Assembly (NCBI GenBank): GCA_049513715.1
Contig: JBEKVV010000002.1
Coordinates: forward strand, 1 to 64,000
Origin: Candidatus Bathyarchaeia archaeon
GTDB lineage: Archaea; Thermoproteota; Bathyarchaeia; 40CM-2-53-6
Direction of reading: 5' to 3'
DNA: 64,000 nucleotides
The notes beneath the pieces were generated by a model. That model saw only the letters and a list, made by a program, of their open reading frames with translations, ran no database searches and was not told the DNA's origin. The position numbers and the translations under genes are program-made. This document shows, in pieces, positions 39,143 through 49,548 of this stretch. Each line of letters starts with the position of its first letter. Within the stretch, counting starts at the first letter, position 1.

Positions 39143-39306
39143 TCATGGTGTAACTTTCTTGTACTTGGCATTTTGGATCAGAGTGAGCCACTTGTCTTGT
39201 CCTTCAACTTGTATCCCTGCCAAGTCTGCGGGCGTCTTTCCATCCAATCCCATGTGTGGGCGAACACAGTTGTGGAAAATCTGCATTCCCTTTTGATTTT
39301 CTTGTG
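39143..39306 (-). mobile_element. C-terminal remnant of an archaeal DDE (IS6-like) transposase
   Basis: GMQIFHNCVRPHMGLDGKTPADLAGI..KWLTLIQNA. Confidence 0.8.
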
Positions 39307-39308
39307 AA

Positions 39309-40094
39309 CTAGGCTTCACTTGAATTCGGCACAAGCCTTTTGAAATTCTGCCACACGGCATCTTGGGTGTCTTCAGTGCTGATGGATTTGATTTCGGCGA
39401 TCTTGTGGGCCACATGGATTACGAAAGATGGCATCGTTACTTTGCCTTCGAACTGTGGACCACGAAATCGAACTGGGCCGTCGGTTTCCGTGAGTACGGT
39501 GCTGATGTCAGCTAAGCGGACCAATTCCTGAAGCCTGCGCGAGTACAATAACGCCGGGCCAAACGAGATCAGGTAACCACGGTCTCCGCAAATCTTGAGT
39601 TGGTCGGTCGTTCCATCGAACCAGTGCAGGAGCACCCTCTGAAGCCGGAAGTTCGGAAGTACATTCAACACATCTTCGACCGCAGACCTGGAATGGATGA
39701 TCACAGGCAGCTCGTTTTGTTCTGCCAAGTGAAGGAAAAACTGGAATACCTCTCTTTGCCGTTTCTTACGCTCCAAGTCCTGAGTGTACGTTCCATCTAG
39801 CCCTATCTCGCCGATGGCTTTCACGTGTTTGTGGGTCTCTTGGAGGAGCTTCTCGAATTCTCTGAGCTTGCAGTCTTCGGTCTTGGTGGCTGTGGAAGGG
39901 TGGACCCCTACGGCTGCAAGAATCAGGCCTTGGTGGCGTTTTGCTAAAGCTACGGTTTCCACAGACGTTTCGTAGTCCACTGCATTTGAGAGCAGTTGCG
40001 AAACACTGTTCCTTACTGCGTCCTGAACGATGAATTCGACCTGGCCAGCGTAACCTGGATCGGCTACGTGTAGGTGTGCGTCAATGTAGGTCAA
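39309..40094 (-). CDS. tatD: TatD family nuclease
   Basis: IDAHLH, GVHP, IGEIGLD, IHSR, LHWF, TETDGP. Confidence 0.95.
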   Translation of the reverse strand: MTYIDAHLHVADPGYAGQVEFIVQDAVRNSVSQLLSNAVDYETSVETVALAKRHQGLILAAVGVHPSTATKTEDCKLREFEKLLQETHKHVKAIGEIGLDGTYTQDLERKKRQREVFQFFLHLAEQNELPVIIHSRSAVEDVLNVLPNFRLQRVLLHWFDGTTDQLKICGDRGYLISFGPALLYSRRLQELVRLADISTVLTETDGPVRFRGPQFEGKVTMPSFVIHVAHKIAEIKSISTEDTQDAVWQNFKRLVPNSSEA

Positions 40095-40299
40095 TTGGGA
40101 AACTTCCGAAGTGGAATTATTGCTGAATATAACTCAATCCTAGGGGGCAGTTGGGGCTATGGGCTTGTTTTTTGCAATAAAACCGTTCGCATCCCCCAAT
40201 GTAGGCTACGAATAACAAAACATTAGCCCTACGTGCCCTATTCCCTCTAATGAAGAAGTTTTAATAGCTTCAATCCCCTCGCGTGAAGAATCGTGGTTT

Positions 40300-40524
40300 T
40301 TGATGGCCCCACATGAGCTTTCCACAGCCGCAGTCCGTAGGCTAATCGAAATGGCCGGAGCCGACCGAGTTGGCGACGACGCGGTTGAGGAACTCGGAAA
40401 GATACTGGAGGACTTCGCGGTCAAAGTCGGGACGGAAGCTACGGGCTTGGCGAAACATGCAGGCAGAAAGACCGTAAAAGCTCAGGACATTCAACTGGCC
40501 ATCAAGAGAGTGCCGCCGCCTTAG
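40300..40524 (+). CDS. Archaeal histone (HMf family)
   Basis: RLIEMAGADRVGDDA..AKHAGRKTVKAQDIQLA. Confidence 0.95.
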   Translation: MMAPHELSTAAVRRLIEMAGADRVGDDAVEELGKILEDFAVKVGTEATGLAKHAGRKTVKAQDIQLAIKRVPPP

Positions 40525-40614
40525 AACACCCTACCTATGCGCTTAGCGCGTTAGAGTCTGCTTTATCGCTAAACACAAAATGTTCGAAAACCAGTTCAGA
40601 TCGCCGTTCTTGTA

Positions 40615-40998
40615 TTAGTGGCAGGGTTTCGCTTTCTGCATCTCAGACTTCTGGGAGGTCTTAAAGGATAGGCCACAGCCGCAACTGGCCACGGCGTTGG
40701 GGTTGTTGAACTTGAAACCAGATGACTGTACGGTCTCATAGTAATCGACCTGCATCCCCTTCAGGAACTCCATGCTCTTGGGGTCCACAACAACCTTGCA
40801 TCCCTCAGATTCTAAGACGAAGTCGTCGGGTTTCGTGAAGCCCAAGGCCATGCTGTAGTTGAGGCCAGCGCAACCGCCGCCGATCACGAAGATTCTGAGC
40901 GCTTTTCCTTCGTTTTCCGGTTTCTGGAGTATCGCTTTGACTCGGGCGAGGGATTTGTCGGTTAATGTGAGTGGTGGTTGTGTTATTGTTGTTTCCAG
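40615..40998 (-). CDS. HesB/IscA A-type Fe-S carrier
   Basis: GGGCAGLNY, VDY..SGFKFNNPN..CGCG.SF; family-like sequence (LTLTDKSLARVKAIL) continues to CTG at 40998. Confidence 0.92.
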   Translation of the reverse strand: METTITQPPLTLTDKSLARVKAILQKPENEGKALRIFVIGGGCAGLNYSMALGFTKPDDFVLESEGCKVVVDPKSMEFLKGMQVDYYETVQSSGFKFNNPNAVASCGCGLSFKTSQKSEMQKAKPCH

Positions 40999-41172
40999 CG
41001 GTTTGACCCCCGATCATAAAAGCTCTTTCCCCAGGTAATTTGACTCCGCACTGTCCTTCCAAAAGCGTACTCACATGCTCTCGGAAGAGCAAGTAGAAAA
41101 GTGACATCTTCTCCCTTGATTCCAAGCCCCCTTAAATCCTAGGAAAACTCAATCATGAATGAGGTGTAACCG

Positions 41173-41253
41173 TTGGTTAAGAAGAAGAGCAAGCTGAGGA
41201 TCACAGAGAGCTCACCTAGGGTCGAGACAACAGAGGAAGAGTACGTCGCGTAG
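41173..41253 (+). CDS. Possible 26-aa small protein
   Basis: GAGGTG SD, TTG, MVKKKSKLRITESSPRVETTEEEYVA*. Confidence 0.35.
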   Translation: MVKKKSKLRITESSPRVETTEEEYVA

Positions 41254-41367
41254 ATTCACCCAGAAGCGGTAATCCCCGCGGAACTCTACAGACGCTATTG
41301 GTGTGAGCGCTGCTCAGGATTAGATAAGAATTTAACTTGTTCCCAGAGACCTGACACAAGAACAGAG

Positions 41368-41703
41368 TTGGCCGCCCTCCCGGTTCTAGTAGCAGGCCTT
41401 CACGGCCACGGTCTCATAATCCTCGGAGCAGTCGTGCTATTCGTCTTGGTCATTTGGTACGTTTTCAAAGTCAAGAATACGTTCGCTCACATACCACGGC
41501 TGGAAAAACCTTGGGTCGTGCTCGAGGGCGGAGTAGCATTACTTTTTCTAGGGATTGTATTGATCGCATTAAAGGACGTCATGGGTGTTTCATTCGGCCT
41601 CTTTGAGGACGTAGATGACACCATCATCACTGCCTCAGCGTTGTTCATTTTTGCCGCTATGGTCTTGATGAAAAGGGCTTGGACTGTAAACGAGATCGAG
41701 TGA
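41368..41703 (+). CDS. Small multi-TM protein coupled to KaiC-like ATPase
   Basis: Three hydrophobic helices; 1-bp gap to next gene. Confidence 0.65.
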   Translation: MAALPVLVAGLHGHGLIILGAVVLFVLVIWYVFKVKNTFAHIPRLEKPWVVLEGGVALLFLGIVLIALKDVMGVSFGLFEDVDDTIITASALFIFAAMVLMKRAWTVNEIE

Positions 41704-41704
41704 A

Positions 41705-42373
41705 TTGCAGCAGGCTCTCCCCGGTTTCAGGCTTAATGTCCCAAGCCTAGACACGCATATCTTCCCACCGGGAACCACTATCCTTCTAACGGGCAAACCG
41801 GGCATAGGTAAGTCCGTCTTTGCGGAGCAATTCCTCTGGGAGGGCCTACAGCAGGGCCAGCACGGAATCTACATCGTCACTGACACATCAGGCGACACGC
41901 TGAGAAAGAAAGCGGAATCCGCCGGGGGAAACGCTGGTCTAGAAGTGGTAAACCTCTTCATGGAAAAGCCACGCCTGATAAACGACATCTCAATCTCAAT
42001 TCACCAGGCAATTTCGAAATCCGAGGGCCAGCCAATCCGACTGGTCTTTGACTCCCTTTCCACGTTGGGCATGATGCTCAAACCGGACGTGCTCCCTCCA
42101 TGGGTACTCGACCAACGTGCTCGTCTCACAAAACACGGCTCGAACGTTCTGGCTTTGATGGTCTATGATGTTGGTATTCATCCGCCCCAAATAACTCGGA
42201 GTCTTCAGGTTCTCTCTGATGTAGTCCTTCAAATGAAGTTCGAGGAGCTCGCCAAAGAGCCGAATAGACTCTTTCGCGTTTTTAGTACGCGAGGTGCACC
42301 CCACAGCGCGCAATGGTACCCATTCACCATAGACGACGCCGGCCTCCGATTTACAGAACTCACTGCAAAGTGA
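41705..42373 (+). CDS. RAD55/KaiC-family ATPase
   Basis: GKPGIGKS, RLVFDSLSTL, SDVVLQM, RGAPHSAQWYPFTI. Confidence 0.88.
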   Translation: MQQALPGFRLNVPSLDTHIFPPGTTILLTGKPGIGKSVFAEQFLWEGLQQGQHGIYIVTDTSGDTLRKKAESAGGNAGLEVVNLFMEKPRLINDISISIHQAISKSEGQPIRLVFDSLSTLGMMLKPDVLPPWVLDQRARLTKHGSNVLALMVYDVGIHPPQITRSLQVLSDVVLQMKFEELAKEPNRLFRVFSTRGAPHSAQWYPFTIDDAGLRFTELTAK

Positions 42374-42462
42374 GCCCACGGCACGCATCGACATTTTGTC
42401 GTTACAGTCGCGAAGATTTCGTTAAGTTTTTAACCTAACCATGACACGGCACGCAAATTGCC

Positions 42463-43437
42463 ATGTCTACTAGCATCATGTTTAGTGGAAACGGGGAGCT
42501 GAACTCGCAGCGAGTCGCAGACCTGAGTTCCCAAGCCGAGATGAAAGGCTTCGACGGATTGTGGTTTGGGGAAACCACTCTTCGAGATGCATCGGTCACA
42601 GCCACCATTGCAGCCTGCGCCACCAAGAAGATTGCATTGGGTACCTCTATTGTGAACGTGTTCACAAGGTCTCCTAGCCAGCTAGCTTTGATGGGTGCTA
42701 CAATCAACGAGTATAGCGGTGGAAGGTTCACACTCGGCTTAGGCGTCAGCACCGCGGCAATTGTGGAAAGTTGGCACGGACAACCCTTCCAGGAACCCAT
42801 GGAGAGAATCGACGAAACCGTCAAACTCTTGCGCCAATACTTCTCGGGTGAAAGGTTCAGCCATCAGGGTGCGTTCTCGTCCCCCGTGAACGCTCGGCTG
42901 AGAACTAAACCTGCGCCGAAGATCGCGCTGGCGGCTCTGAACGACCAGATGATCAAGAAGGCCGCCTTCCTAGCAGACAGGGTCATTCTGAACCTATACC
43001 CACCTGCAAGGATCAAACATGCAATTGCACTTCTTGAGAAAGGTTGGAAGGAAAGCGGGAGACAAGATCGTCCAATGCTCTCGGTTATGCTCTACTCGTA
43101 TGTCTTGGGCGACGATGAACGCGGCCTCGATGCTGCAAAGGAGCTAGTGAGCTTCTACGCCAGCGCCCCAGCTTATTCCAAACTCTTCGAGAGCTTGGGG
43201 TTTAGGTCGCAGGCGCAGGCTATGATTGAAGCTTGGAAAGCCAAGGACAAAGATTCCGTTAAGAAAATCGTCAGCCGAGAGATGATAGATCAAATGGTGC
43301 TCCTCGGAACGGTACAGGATCTGAGAGAACGTGTGAAGCTTTACCATGAGGCTGGTGTGGATGATGTGTTCATTTCACCTTCTCCATTCGGAGATTACCA
43401 GGCCAACATCCAAGAGGTCATACACCACTACTTCTAG
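42463..43437 (+). CDS. LLM-class (luciferase-like, probably F420-dependent) oxidoreductase
   Basis: AE..GFDGLW.GE, LGTSIVN..TRSP, SGGRFTLGLG. Confidence 0.88.
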   Translation: MSTSIMFSGNGELNSQRVADLSSQAEMKGFDGLWFGETTLRDASVTATIAACATKKIALGTSIVNVFTRSPSQLALMGATINEYSGGRFTLGLGVSTAAIVESWHGQPFQEPMERIDETVKLLRQYFSGERFSHQGAFSSPVNARLRTKPAPKIALAALNDQMIKKAAFLADRVILNLYPPARIKHAIALLEKGWKESGRQDRPMLSVMLYSYVLGDDERGLDAAKELVSFYASAPAYSKLFESLGFRSQAQAMIEAWKAKDKDSVKKIVSREMIDQMVLLGTVQDLRERVKLYHEAGVDDVFISPSPFGDYQANIQEVIHHYF

Positions 43438-43602
43438 GCTTGGGAAATCACAGGCCTTCGCTCTGATTTCACCGTATTCAGGCTCCATCTTGAAGGTCCC
43501 TCATTTGGTGACTCATTGCGACAGGTAACTGTGTTCTTGTATCGAGTGGAAACGTAATCTGTTTTAAGGCCGGCAACTTGCCGCTTCCTTCGAGGATGCT
43601 GG

Positions 43603-44397
43603 TTGTCACAGGTTAAGAAGAAGACTGTACCTCAGGCTCTGCTACCTGCAAATCTGATCTTGCCACTGCGGATTTTTATGGGTGTCACATTCCTCTATGC
43701 TGGAATACAGCATCTGACCGACCCTTCCTACTTTGACCCTTCGAAACCAGGTTACATTGGGCATTTGATATCGCAGTACGCGGTTGGCTCACCAATTCAC
43801 GATTTCCTACTTGGCGTTGTTGCACCGAACGCCGTTACCTTCGGCTACGCTGTAGCCGTAGGGGAATCCTTGATTGGAGTAGCTGTTCTGCTTGGTTTTC
43901 TATTTAGAATCGCCGTGTTCTTCGGGCTCGTGTTGAACTTCACGTTCTTCCTCTCCGCAACTTGGAATGCCTTCCCATTTTATTTCGGGTCGGACATTGT
44001 GTTTGTTTTCGCTTGGCTCACGCTTTTGTTCACAGGCCCGCAAGCGCGACTCAGTTTAGATGGGGTCTTGGCGAGGCGGGTGAAGTCCATGCAATGGTTG
44101 GTCCCGCCTACGGTGCAGACAGGTATTGCTGCGGAGAGCGTGGTTGAAAGTCCAACCCCGACGAAGGTGCAAGTTCCAGTCCCAGAGAGAGCGAAACTCT
44201 ACCCCAAACAAGTGGCTGAAGTCAACAGAGCATTCGAAAGGATAGAGCAGCAGTTTGTTTCACATGAAGAAACCCAAACGATTCTGGAGTTCGTCCGAGC
44301 ATTTGTAATCAGCCTCGGAGTAGACCGAAACGAGGCGAACAAGATTCTGAGCGGTATCAATAATATCGTGAACAGAAGCGGATGGGACCAACCCTAA
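43603..44397 (+). CDS. doxD: TQO small subunit DoxD-like membrane protein
   Basis: LPLRIFMGVTFLYAG..DP.YF..GE..IG..FFLSATW..PFYFGSDIVF. Confidence 0.75.
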   Translation: MSQVKKKTVPQALLPANLILPLRIFMGVTFLYAGIQHLTDPSYFDPSKPGYIGHLISQYAVGSPIHDFLLGVVAPNAVTFGYAVAVGESLIGVAVLLGFLFRIAVFFGLVLNFTFFLSATWNAFPFYFGSDIVFVFAWLTLLFTGPQARLSLDGVLARRVKSMQWLVPPTVQTGIAAESVVESPTPTKVQVPVPERAKLYPKQVAEVNRAFERIEQQFVSHEETQTILEFVRAFVISLGVDRNEANKILSGINNIVNRSGWDQP

Positions 44398-44418
44398 CAG
44401 TAGGCGAGGCTGTAGAGC

Positions 44419-45036
44419 ATGTCTGGACAATCCGAGAGCGAACAATTCTCGCAAGAACTCAGAAAGAAGTACGGACTTCGGGTCCCGGTTGAAGTCATAA
44501 CTTCCGTCTATTCTTCAAAACCTAAACTGCGGGTACTGCTGTCTCGGACATCGTTCAGGCAAGAAGCTGTCCACACACGTGAGCGGGCTCAGAGAGAGCG
44601 AAGAAACTTCTTGCGTAACCTAATGGGGCTTGCAGTTATCGCCGTACCGCTCTTGGTTTGGATGAAGATTGCTTCCACACCTCAACCCCAAGCACCGTCG
44701 TATGTCTTGAACCCCAGTGCAGCAGGGGGGAAAGTGTTGGCGAATGCCAGCAGCATCCCAGCCGGTCAATCGATTACGCTTGATGATCCTTCTTTTGGCC
44801 CCTTCCTCCTGATTCATTTGAGTAACGGACAATTTGTGGCCTATAGCGCGATCTGTACTCACGCTGGTTGCCAAGTTCAATTCGACCCTGGGACTCGTCA
44901 GATTGCGTGCCCATGCCATGGGGCAGTCTTCGACCCCAACAACTCAGCCGCGGTTATTGCCGGCCCAGCACCATCCCCGCTGCAAAGAATTCCGATCACA
45001 TATGACTCACAGACCGGTAACATCTACCTACAGTAG
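44419..45036 (+). CDS. Rieske [2Fe-2S] protein with twin-arginine-like TM segment
   Basis: CTHAGC and CPCHG; RRNFL before a hydrophobic helix. Confidence 0.92.
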   Translation: MSGQSESEQFSQELRKKYGLRVPVEVITSVYSSKPKLRVLLSRTSFRQEAVHTRERAQRERRNFLRNLMGLAVIAVPLLVWMKIASTPQPQAPSYVLNPSAAGGKVLANASSIPAGQSITLDDPSFGPFLLIHLSNGQFVAYSAICTHAGCQVQFDPGTRQIACPCHGAVFDPNNSAAVIAGPAPSPLQRIPITYDSQTGNIYLQ

Positions 45037-45128
45037 CCATCCTTCCATCCACCAATATTCGCCAAATCCGTGACGCATAGGTAAGCTGTAAAAGGCGAGA
45101 ATCGCCAAAGGTTGTTGGCGAGAGATAC

Positions 45129-46560
45129 TTGCGTAAGCCAATCTACTTGATTATGATCCTCATCTGGTCTGTGATTGCACTGGTTGCGATTCCAGCGGGT
45201 TATTCATACTATTGCACAGTTCAGGTTGACAGCGTGGACCACCCAACTTCTGTCGGTCCGGGGCAGAGTTTTCAAGTGAACACTCATGTCACGGCGAGTT
45301 GCCCCGCACAGCTTCCAGACTTCACCTCAGTTCGGGTTGACGTCGTCGACGCCGCCTCGAACATGGCTCTTTCAACTGGTGAGTTCGCGAGCGGGTACTC
45401 TTTCGCCCATGGTGGTGGCGCGGCAAGTGGAGTAGTGACGAGTAACCTTAACGCTCCATCCCTGGCAGGGCCCTGGTCTCTGCTTGCAGAAGCATTGTTC
45501 TATCGAGGAAGTTACCTAATGTCAGCAGCACAGCAACCATTCACAATTCAAGTTGGCAGCGCACAACCACCTGAATCTCTCACAACCATCACGATTCTTC
45601 AAAATGGCGGGTTCGAAAATGGCACGGCTAACTGGCAATTGATGCAAGGAAGTTCGGGATACGATTCCATTTCCACATCCGTCATCCACTCAGGATCACG
45701 CGCGCTTGCGACGACGTTGGTTTCTCCTCCACCAGGTAGTAACTTGCTTGCGCCTACGGTCGTCGGCGTTTCTCAGACCGCGTCGGTATCAAACCTTCGC
45801 GGCCTCACAATTGATGCTTGGTACGTGACACAAATTCTTACGTCGCAAGCCGCCGCAAGAGTCAGAGTGAAAATCAATGACCTCACATTGAACTACTACG
45901 TTAAGTTCGGGCCGCTCACCTCAGCGACCTCCGGCGACACGGATACCACGAAATCCTTGTTCCTGTCAAACTGGGACTGCATCTCTTGGTGTGAGGTATC
46001 CCGAGATGTGGGCGCCGACTTCCGAACAATGTTCAGCGCGGCAGCGGTCGGTTCAATTTTCGGGTCAGGGCCAGCCACGGTAACGGTGGCTTTGGAGCTT
46101 CTCGGGTACGGCATCATTCCCACCAGCCAATTCATCTTTTGGGACGATGTACAATCCAATGCGCAAGTTCCCGGTCCAACATCCAACTCGCTGACCACTT
46201 TTGTCGTGGAACCCACAACCACCATAGCATCAACAACCACTAACGAAGTCATGATTTCGACAAGTCAAGAAACAGTAACGCAGAACACGGCTCTGACAAA
46301 TTCTCAGACAGGAACTGAAAATGTGACTACACCCCTTGCACAAAACGGCCTGCCTGCGCTTTCTAACTCAAGTGGCTTGCTCGTAGTGACGGTGGCTGCG
46401 ATTCTTATTGTTGCAGCAGTTGGTTACATGCTTACGTAAGAAAGCGCCGGCGCCCTCGAAGCCTGACGTGAAAGAGGGCAAACGGTACTGTTGGAACTGT
46501 GGGAGCGAACTACGGCAAAATGCAGGATTCTGCGGAACATGTGGATCCGAGCAACGTTGA
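45129..46560 (+). CDS. Membrane-anchored surface protein; C-terminal double zinc ribbon separated by a frameshift at about 46434
   Basis: Signal peptide, QNGGFE carbohydrate-binding-like domain, Thr-rich linker, TM, stop at 46439; +1 frame continues RKKAP..CWNCG..FCGTCG*. Confidence 0.75.
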
Positions 46561-46605
46561 CACAACCGTGGTTGATGATCCGAGACATCTTTTTAGCTCG
46601 GTAAC

Positions 46606-47079
46606 TTGGTCACCCCGTCACGCTCCGCGAATGTTGGTGAATTGTTGAGGCTCGTTGCGCTTTCAGCCATACTGGTAGGCGTCGTTGGTGCATCTTGGAG
46701 TTGGCACTTACTTCAGTGGTACATTTCCGCCAACGCTCTGACCGCCTGCATTCTCGGAACGCAGTGTCCAGAGGTGTTTCAGACATCATTTTCATATTTC
46801 TACGGGGTTCCAATTCACTTGCTCGCTGTGGCATGGTTCACCTTGCTAGCCTTGATTGCTGGAATCAGGGCATACGGCATCCAAAGCGCCTCAATCGTTG
46901 GCCTAGGTATCGGGGCTTTGTGCATCCCAGCGATAATATACCTAGACTACATTCAACTCGCGGTAATCCATGCCATTTGCTCAGACTGTGAACTGGCGCA
47001 TATACTGGGGCTGATTCTGTTCGCATTGTTCGTCGTCATCTACAGATCTGACAGAAGGAGCAAGAAGCACAAAACGTGA
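46606..47079 (+). CDS. VKOR family membrane thiol oxidoreductase
   Basis: C.....C..V..S.FS..GVP loop and ICSDC motif. Confidence 0.88.
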   Translation: MVTPSRSANVGELLRLVALSAILVGVVGASWSWHLLQWYISANALTACILGTQCPEVFQTSFSYFYGVPIHLLAVAWFTLLALIAGIRAYGIQSASIVGLGIGALCIPAIIYLDYIQLAVIHAICSDCELAHILGLILFALFVVIYRSDRRSKKHKT

Positions 47080-47165
47080 GAACTCACGTGAGGATTTCCC
47101 TGTTGCAGTGAATTACTCTCCGAAATGGTCTCATGCGGCGATTAGGCAAAGTTTAAGCGTTTGTT

Positions 47166-47816
47166 TTGGTTGCTCGTAATTTCCGTGTGAGCACATTGAG
47201 TTCCAAGAAAGCCAACAAGATTCCCGCTCCGAAAAAGGGTCACGGACTCAGCAAGGGCGAGAAGGTCGCCATTCCCATCATAATCATAATTGCAATCTGG
47301 GCCGTTTGGTCATTCAGCCAACCTGCACCAGCGGCGACTAGCCTTTCGGTTACGTACTCCTCTACGCCTTCTTTGACTCAATCGGGTGGTGCCCCCGACT
47401 TTACTCTGCCTGTGGTTGGATCCAATGGGTTGACTGGGCAGACAGTCACATTGTCCTCGTTTCGAGGCAAAGTCGTGTTGGTGGAGTTTATGGAACCTTG
47501 GTGCCCGCATTGCCAAAACATGGCCCCAGTCCTGGGCAGCATCTATGCCCAATATGGAGCCAACGTGACTTTCATTACAGTAGCGGGGCCCTGGAACGGC
47601 GCGACGGCAGGCGACGCCGCTAATTTCATCCACAATTACGGGACCAGCTGGGTATACGTCTACGACTCGTCAGGCAACGTGTTCAGCAACTATGGAGTGA
47701 ATTCAACACCAACTTTCTTCGTAATAGGAAAGGACGGGTCCATCGTTAGCAATTTCACAGGAGAACAAAGCGCTAGCACGCTATCTAGCGCTCTATCCGC
47801 CGCGATTAATACCTGA
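47166..47816 (+). CDS. TlpA/ResA-like membrane-anchored thioredoxin
   Basis: APDFTL, GKVVLVEF..WCPHC, YGV..TPTFFVI. Confidence 0.9.
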   Translation: MVARNFRVSTLSSKKANKIPAPKKGHGLSKGEKVAIPIIIIIAIWAVWSFSQPAPAATSLSVTYSSTPSLTQSGGAPDFTLPVVGSNGLTGQTVTLSSFRGKVVLVEFMEPWCPHCQNMAPVLGSIYAQYGANVTFITVAGPWNGATAGDAANFIHNYGTSWVYVYDSSGNVFSNYGVNSTPTFFVIGKDGSIVSNFTGEQSASTLSSALSAAINT

Positions 47817-47983
47817 ACACTGGTACCTGTCACACGTATAGAAGAGCTAGAGCGTGTCCGCATTCAGCGTCGCGGTACAGCGCTTGCTAAACTGCACACA
47901 TTCTGTGACCACAATCCGTCCGTACGCGATGTGCTCTGGTCTTTAATTGGCTGATGACGAACCGCCATCGGAAGGTGTAACAT

Positions 47984-49240
47984 GTGAAAGCATGGTTCAG
48001 CGGGCGACTCTGGTCGCACCGTGACTTCAAGCGGCTCTGGTTCAGTGATACGGTCAGCCAGTTTGGCAACCAGTTTACAGGCCTCGCCCTTCCAATCCTT
48101 GCTGTGCTCTCCCTTAATGCCTCCGCCTTCGACCTAGGTTTACTCCTGGCACTCCAGACCATCCCCTTTCCAACTCTCGGTTTGTTCGTGGGCGTGTGGG
48201 CTGACCGACTGAGAAAGCGTCCGATTATGGTCACTTGTAACCTTGGCCGCATGGCAACTTTAGCATCGATCCCGATAGCTTACTTCTTGAACGCGTTGAC
48301 ACTCTACCAGCTGTTTGTCGTTGCGGCTGTGAACGGTATCTTCACAGTCTTCTTCGAAATAACCTACCAATCATACCTCCCCGTTCTGATAGATCGTGTT
48401 GATTTGGTGGAAGGTAACGCCAAGTTGCAAGCCAGTGCTTCTGGAGCGCAGGTTGTTGGTCCAGGCATAGCTGGGATCGTGTACCAGTTCATAGGCGGCG
48501 CTCTCACAATTGCAGTGGACGCCGCAGGCTATCTCGCTTCAGCTTTGGCATTGTTTTCGATTAGGAAGAACGAACAAAAGCCTATCGTGGATGCTCAGCC
48601 GAATCACAAATCCGGCTTCTTTGTTGAGATGAAGGAGGGAGTGGGGATCGTATTCCGCCACTCACTCCTCTGGAGGTTGATGAGTTGTACTGCCACCGCA
48701 AACTTCGGGGGCGCAATAGGCGGTGCCGTTTTCGTAATCTTCTTGCTGAATATGCTGAAGTTCTCGCCTGCCCTAATCGGCATTGTCGGAACCGTAGGGG
48801 CAGTCGGCTTCTTCTTGGGAACAATCTTCAGCCCTAACATAACAAAGCGCATTGGGCTAGGTCCATCAATCGCCCTTTCAATCGTCGTTTCAGTCGTCAA
48901 TGTGCTTTCACCGCTTGCGCTTTACGGCGCGGCGTTTCCAATAATCGCAGGAATCGGCTTCGTAACTGGCTTGGCGTTGCCAGTTTACAACATTAACCAG
49001 GTAAGCCTACGTCAGACAATAGTCCCGGATAGGTTGCAGGGTAGAATGAACGCGACATTTCGAACAGTAAATTGGGGCACCCTGCCGGCCGGCTCAATCA
49101 TAGGAGGATTACTCGGCACGTACCTTGGCATTGTTCCTACCATCTTGATTGGCGGAGCCATAGCTGGCCTAGCTGTGTTGTGGGTAATCGCAGGGGAAGT
49201 AATAGGGCTGAAGGAGATACCCAAAATCGAGCTGACCTGA
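47984..49240 (+). CDS. MFS transporter (MFS_3-like)
   Basis: DFKRLW..VSQFG, GVWADRLRKR, VPDRLQGRMNA; 12 TM. Confidence 0.92.
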   Translation: MKAWFSGRLWSHRDFKRLWFSDTVSQFGNQFTGLALPILAVLSLNASAFDLGLLLALQTIPFPTLGLFVGVWADRLRKRPIMVTCNLGRMATLASIPIAYFLNALTLYQLFVVAAVNGIFTVFFEITYQSYLPVLIDRVDLVEGNAKLQASASGAQVVGPGIAGIVYQFIGGALTIAVDAAGYLASALALFSIRKNEQKPIVDAQPNHKSGFFVEMKEGVGIVFRHSLLWRLMSCTATANFGGAIGGAVFVIFLLNMLKFSPALIGIVGTVGAVGFFLGTIFSPNITKRIGLGPSIALSIVVSVVNVLSPLALYGAAFPIIAGIGFVTGLALPVYNINQVSLRQTIVPDRLQGRMNATFRTVNWGTLPAGSIIGGLLGTYLGIVPTILIGGAIAGLAVLWVIAGEVIGLKEIPKIELT

Positions 49241-49548
49241 GTCAGGTGAAACTTACCTGCCCTCATATGAGTCAGCTAGTGCAGCATCAGTATTGATGAA
49301 ACCAGCACTGTGGAGGGGGTCCCGCTAAGGTGAATGTCGACCTTGGCAGCACCCTGTCCCACAAGCTGGCCCAGATAATCTCCATACAACATCAGATCAA
49401 ATTCGCCAGCCAAAATAACCTGCAACAGCGATGAAATCAGCAGAAAGTGTGAGAGCGTGGTCGTTGTTGATCGCATCCGGTAAAGAGAGTCATTACGGTT
49501 GGTTCGAAAGGCACAAATCCGATTCCCACAATTGAAGTTCCGATTCCT

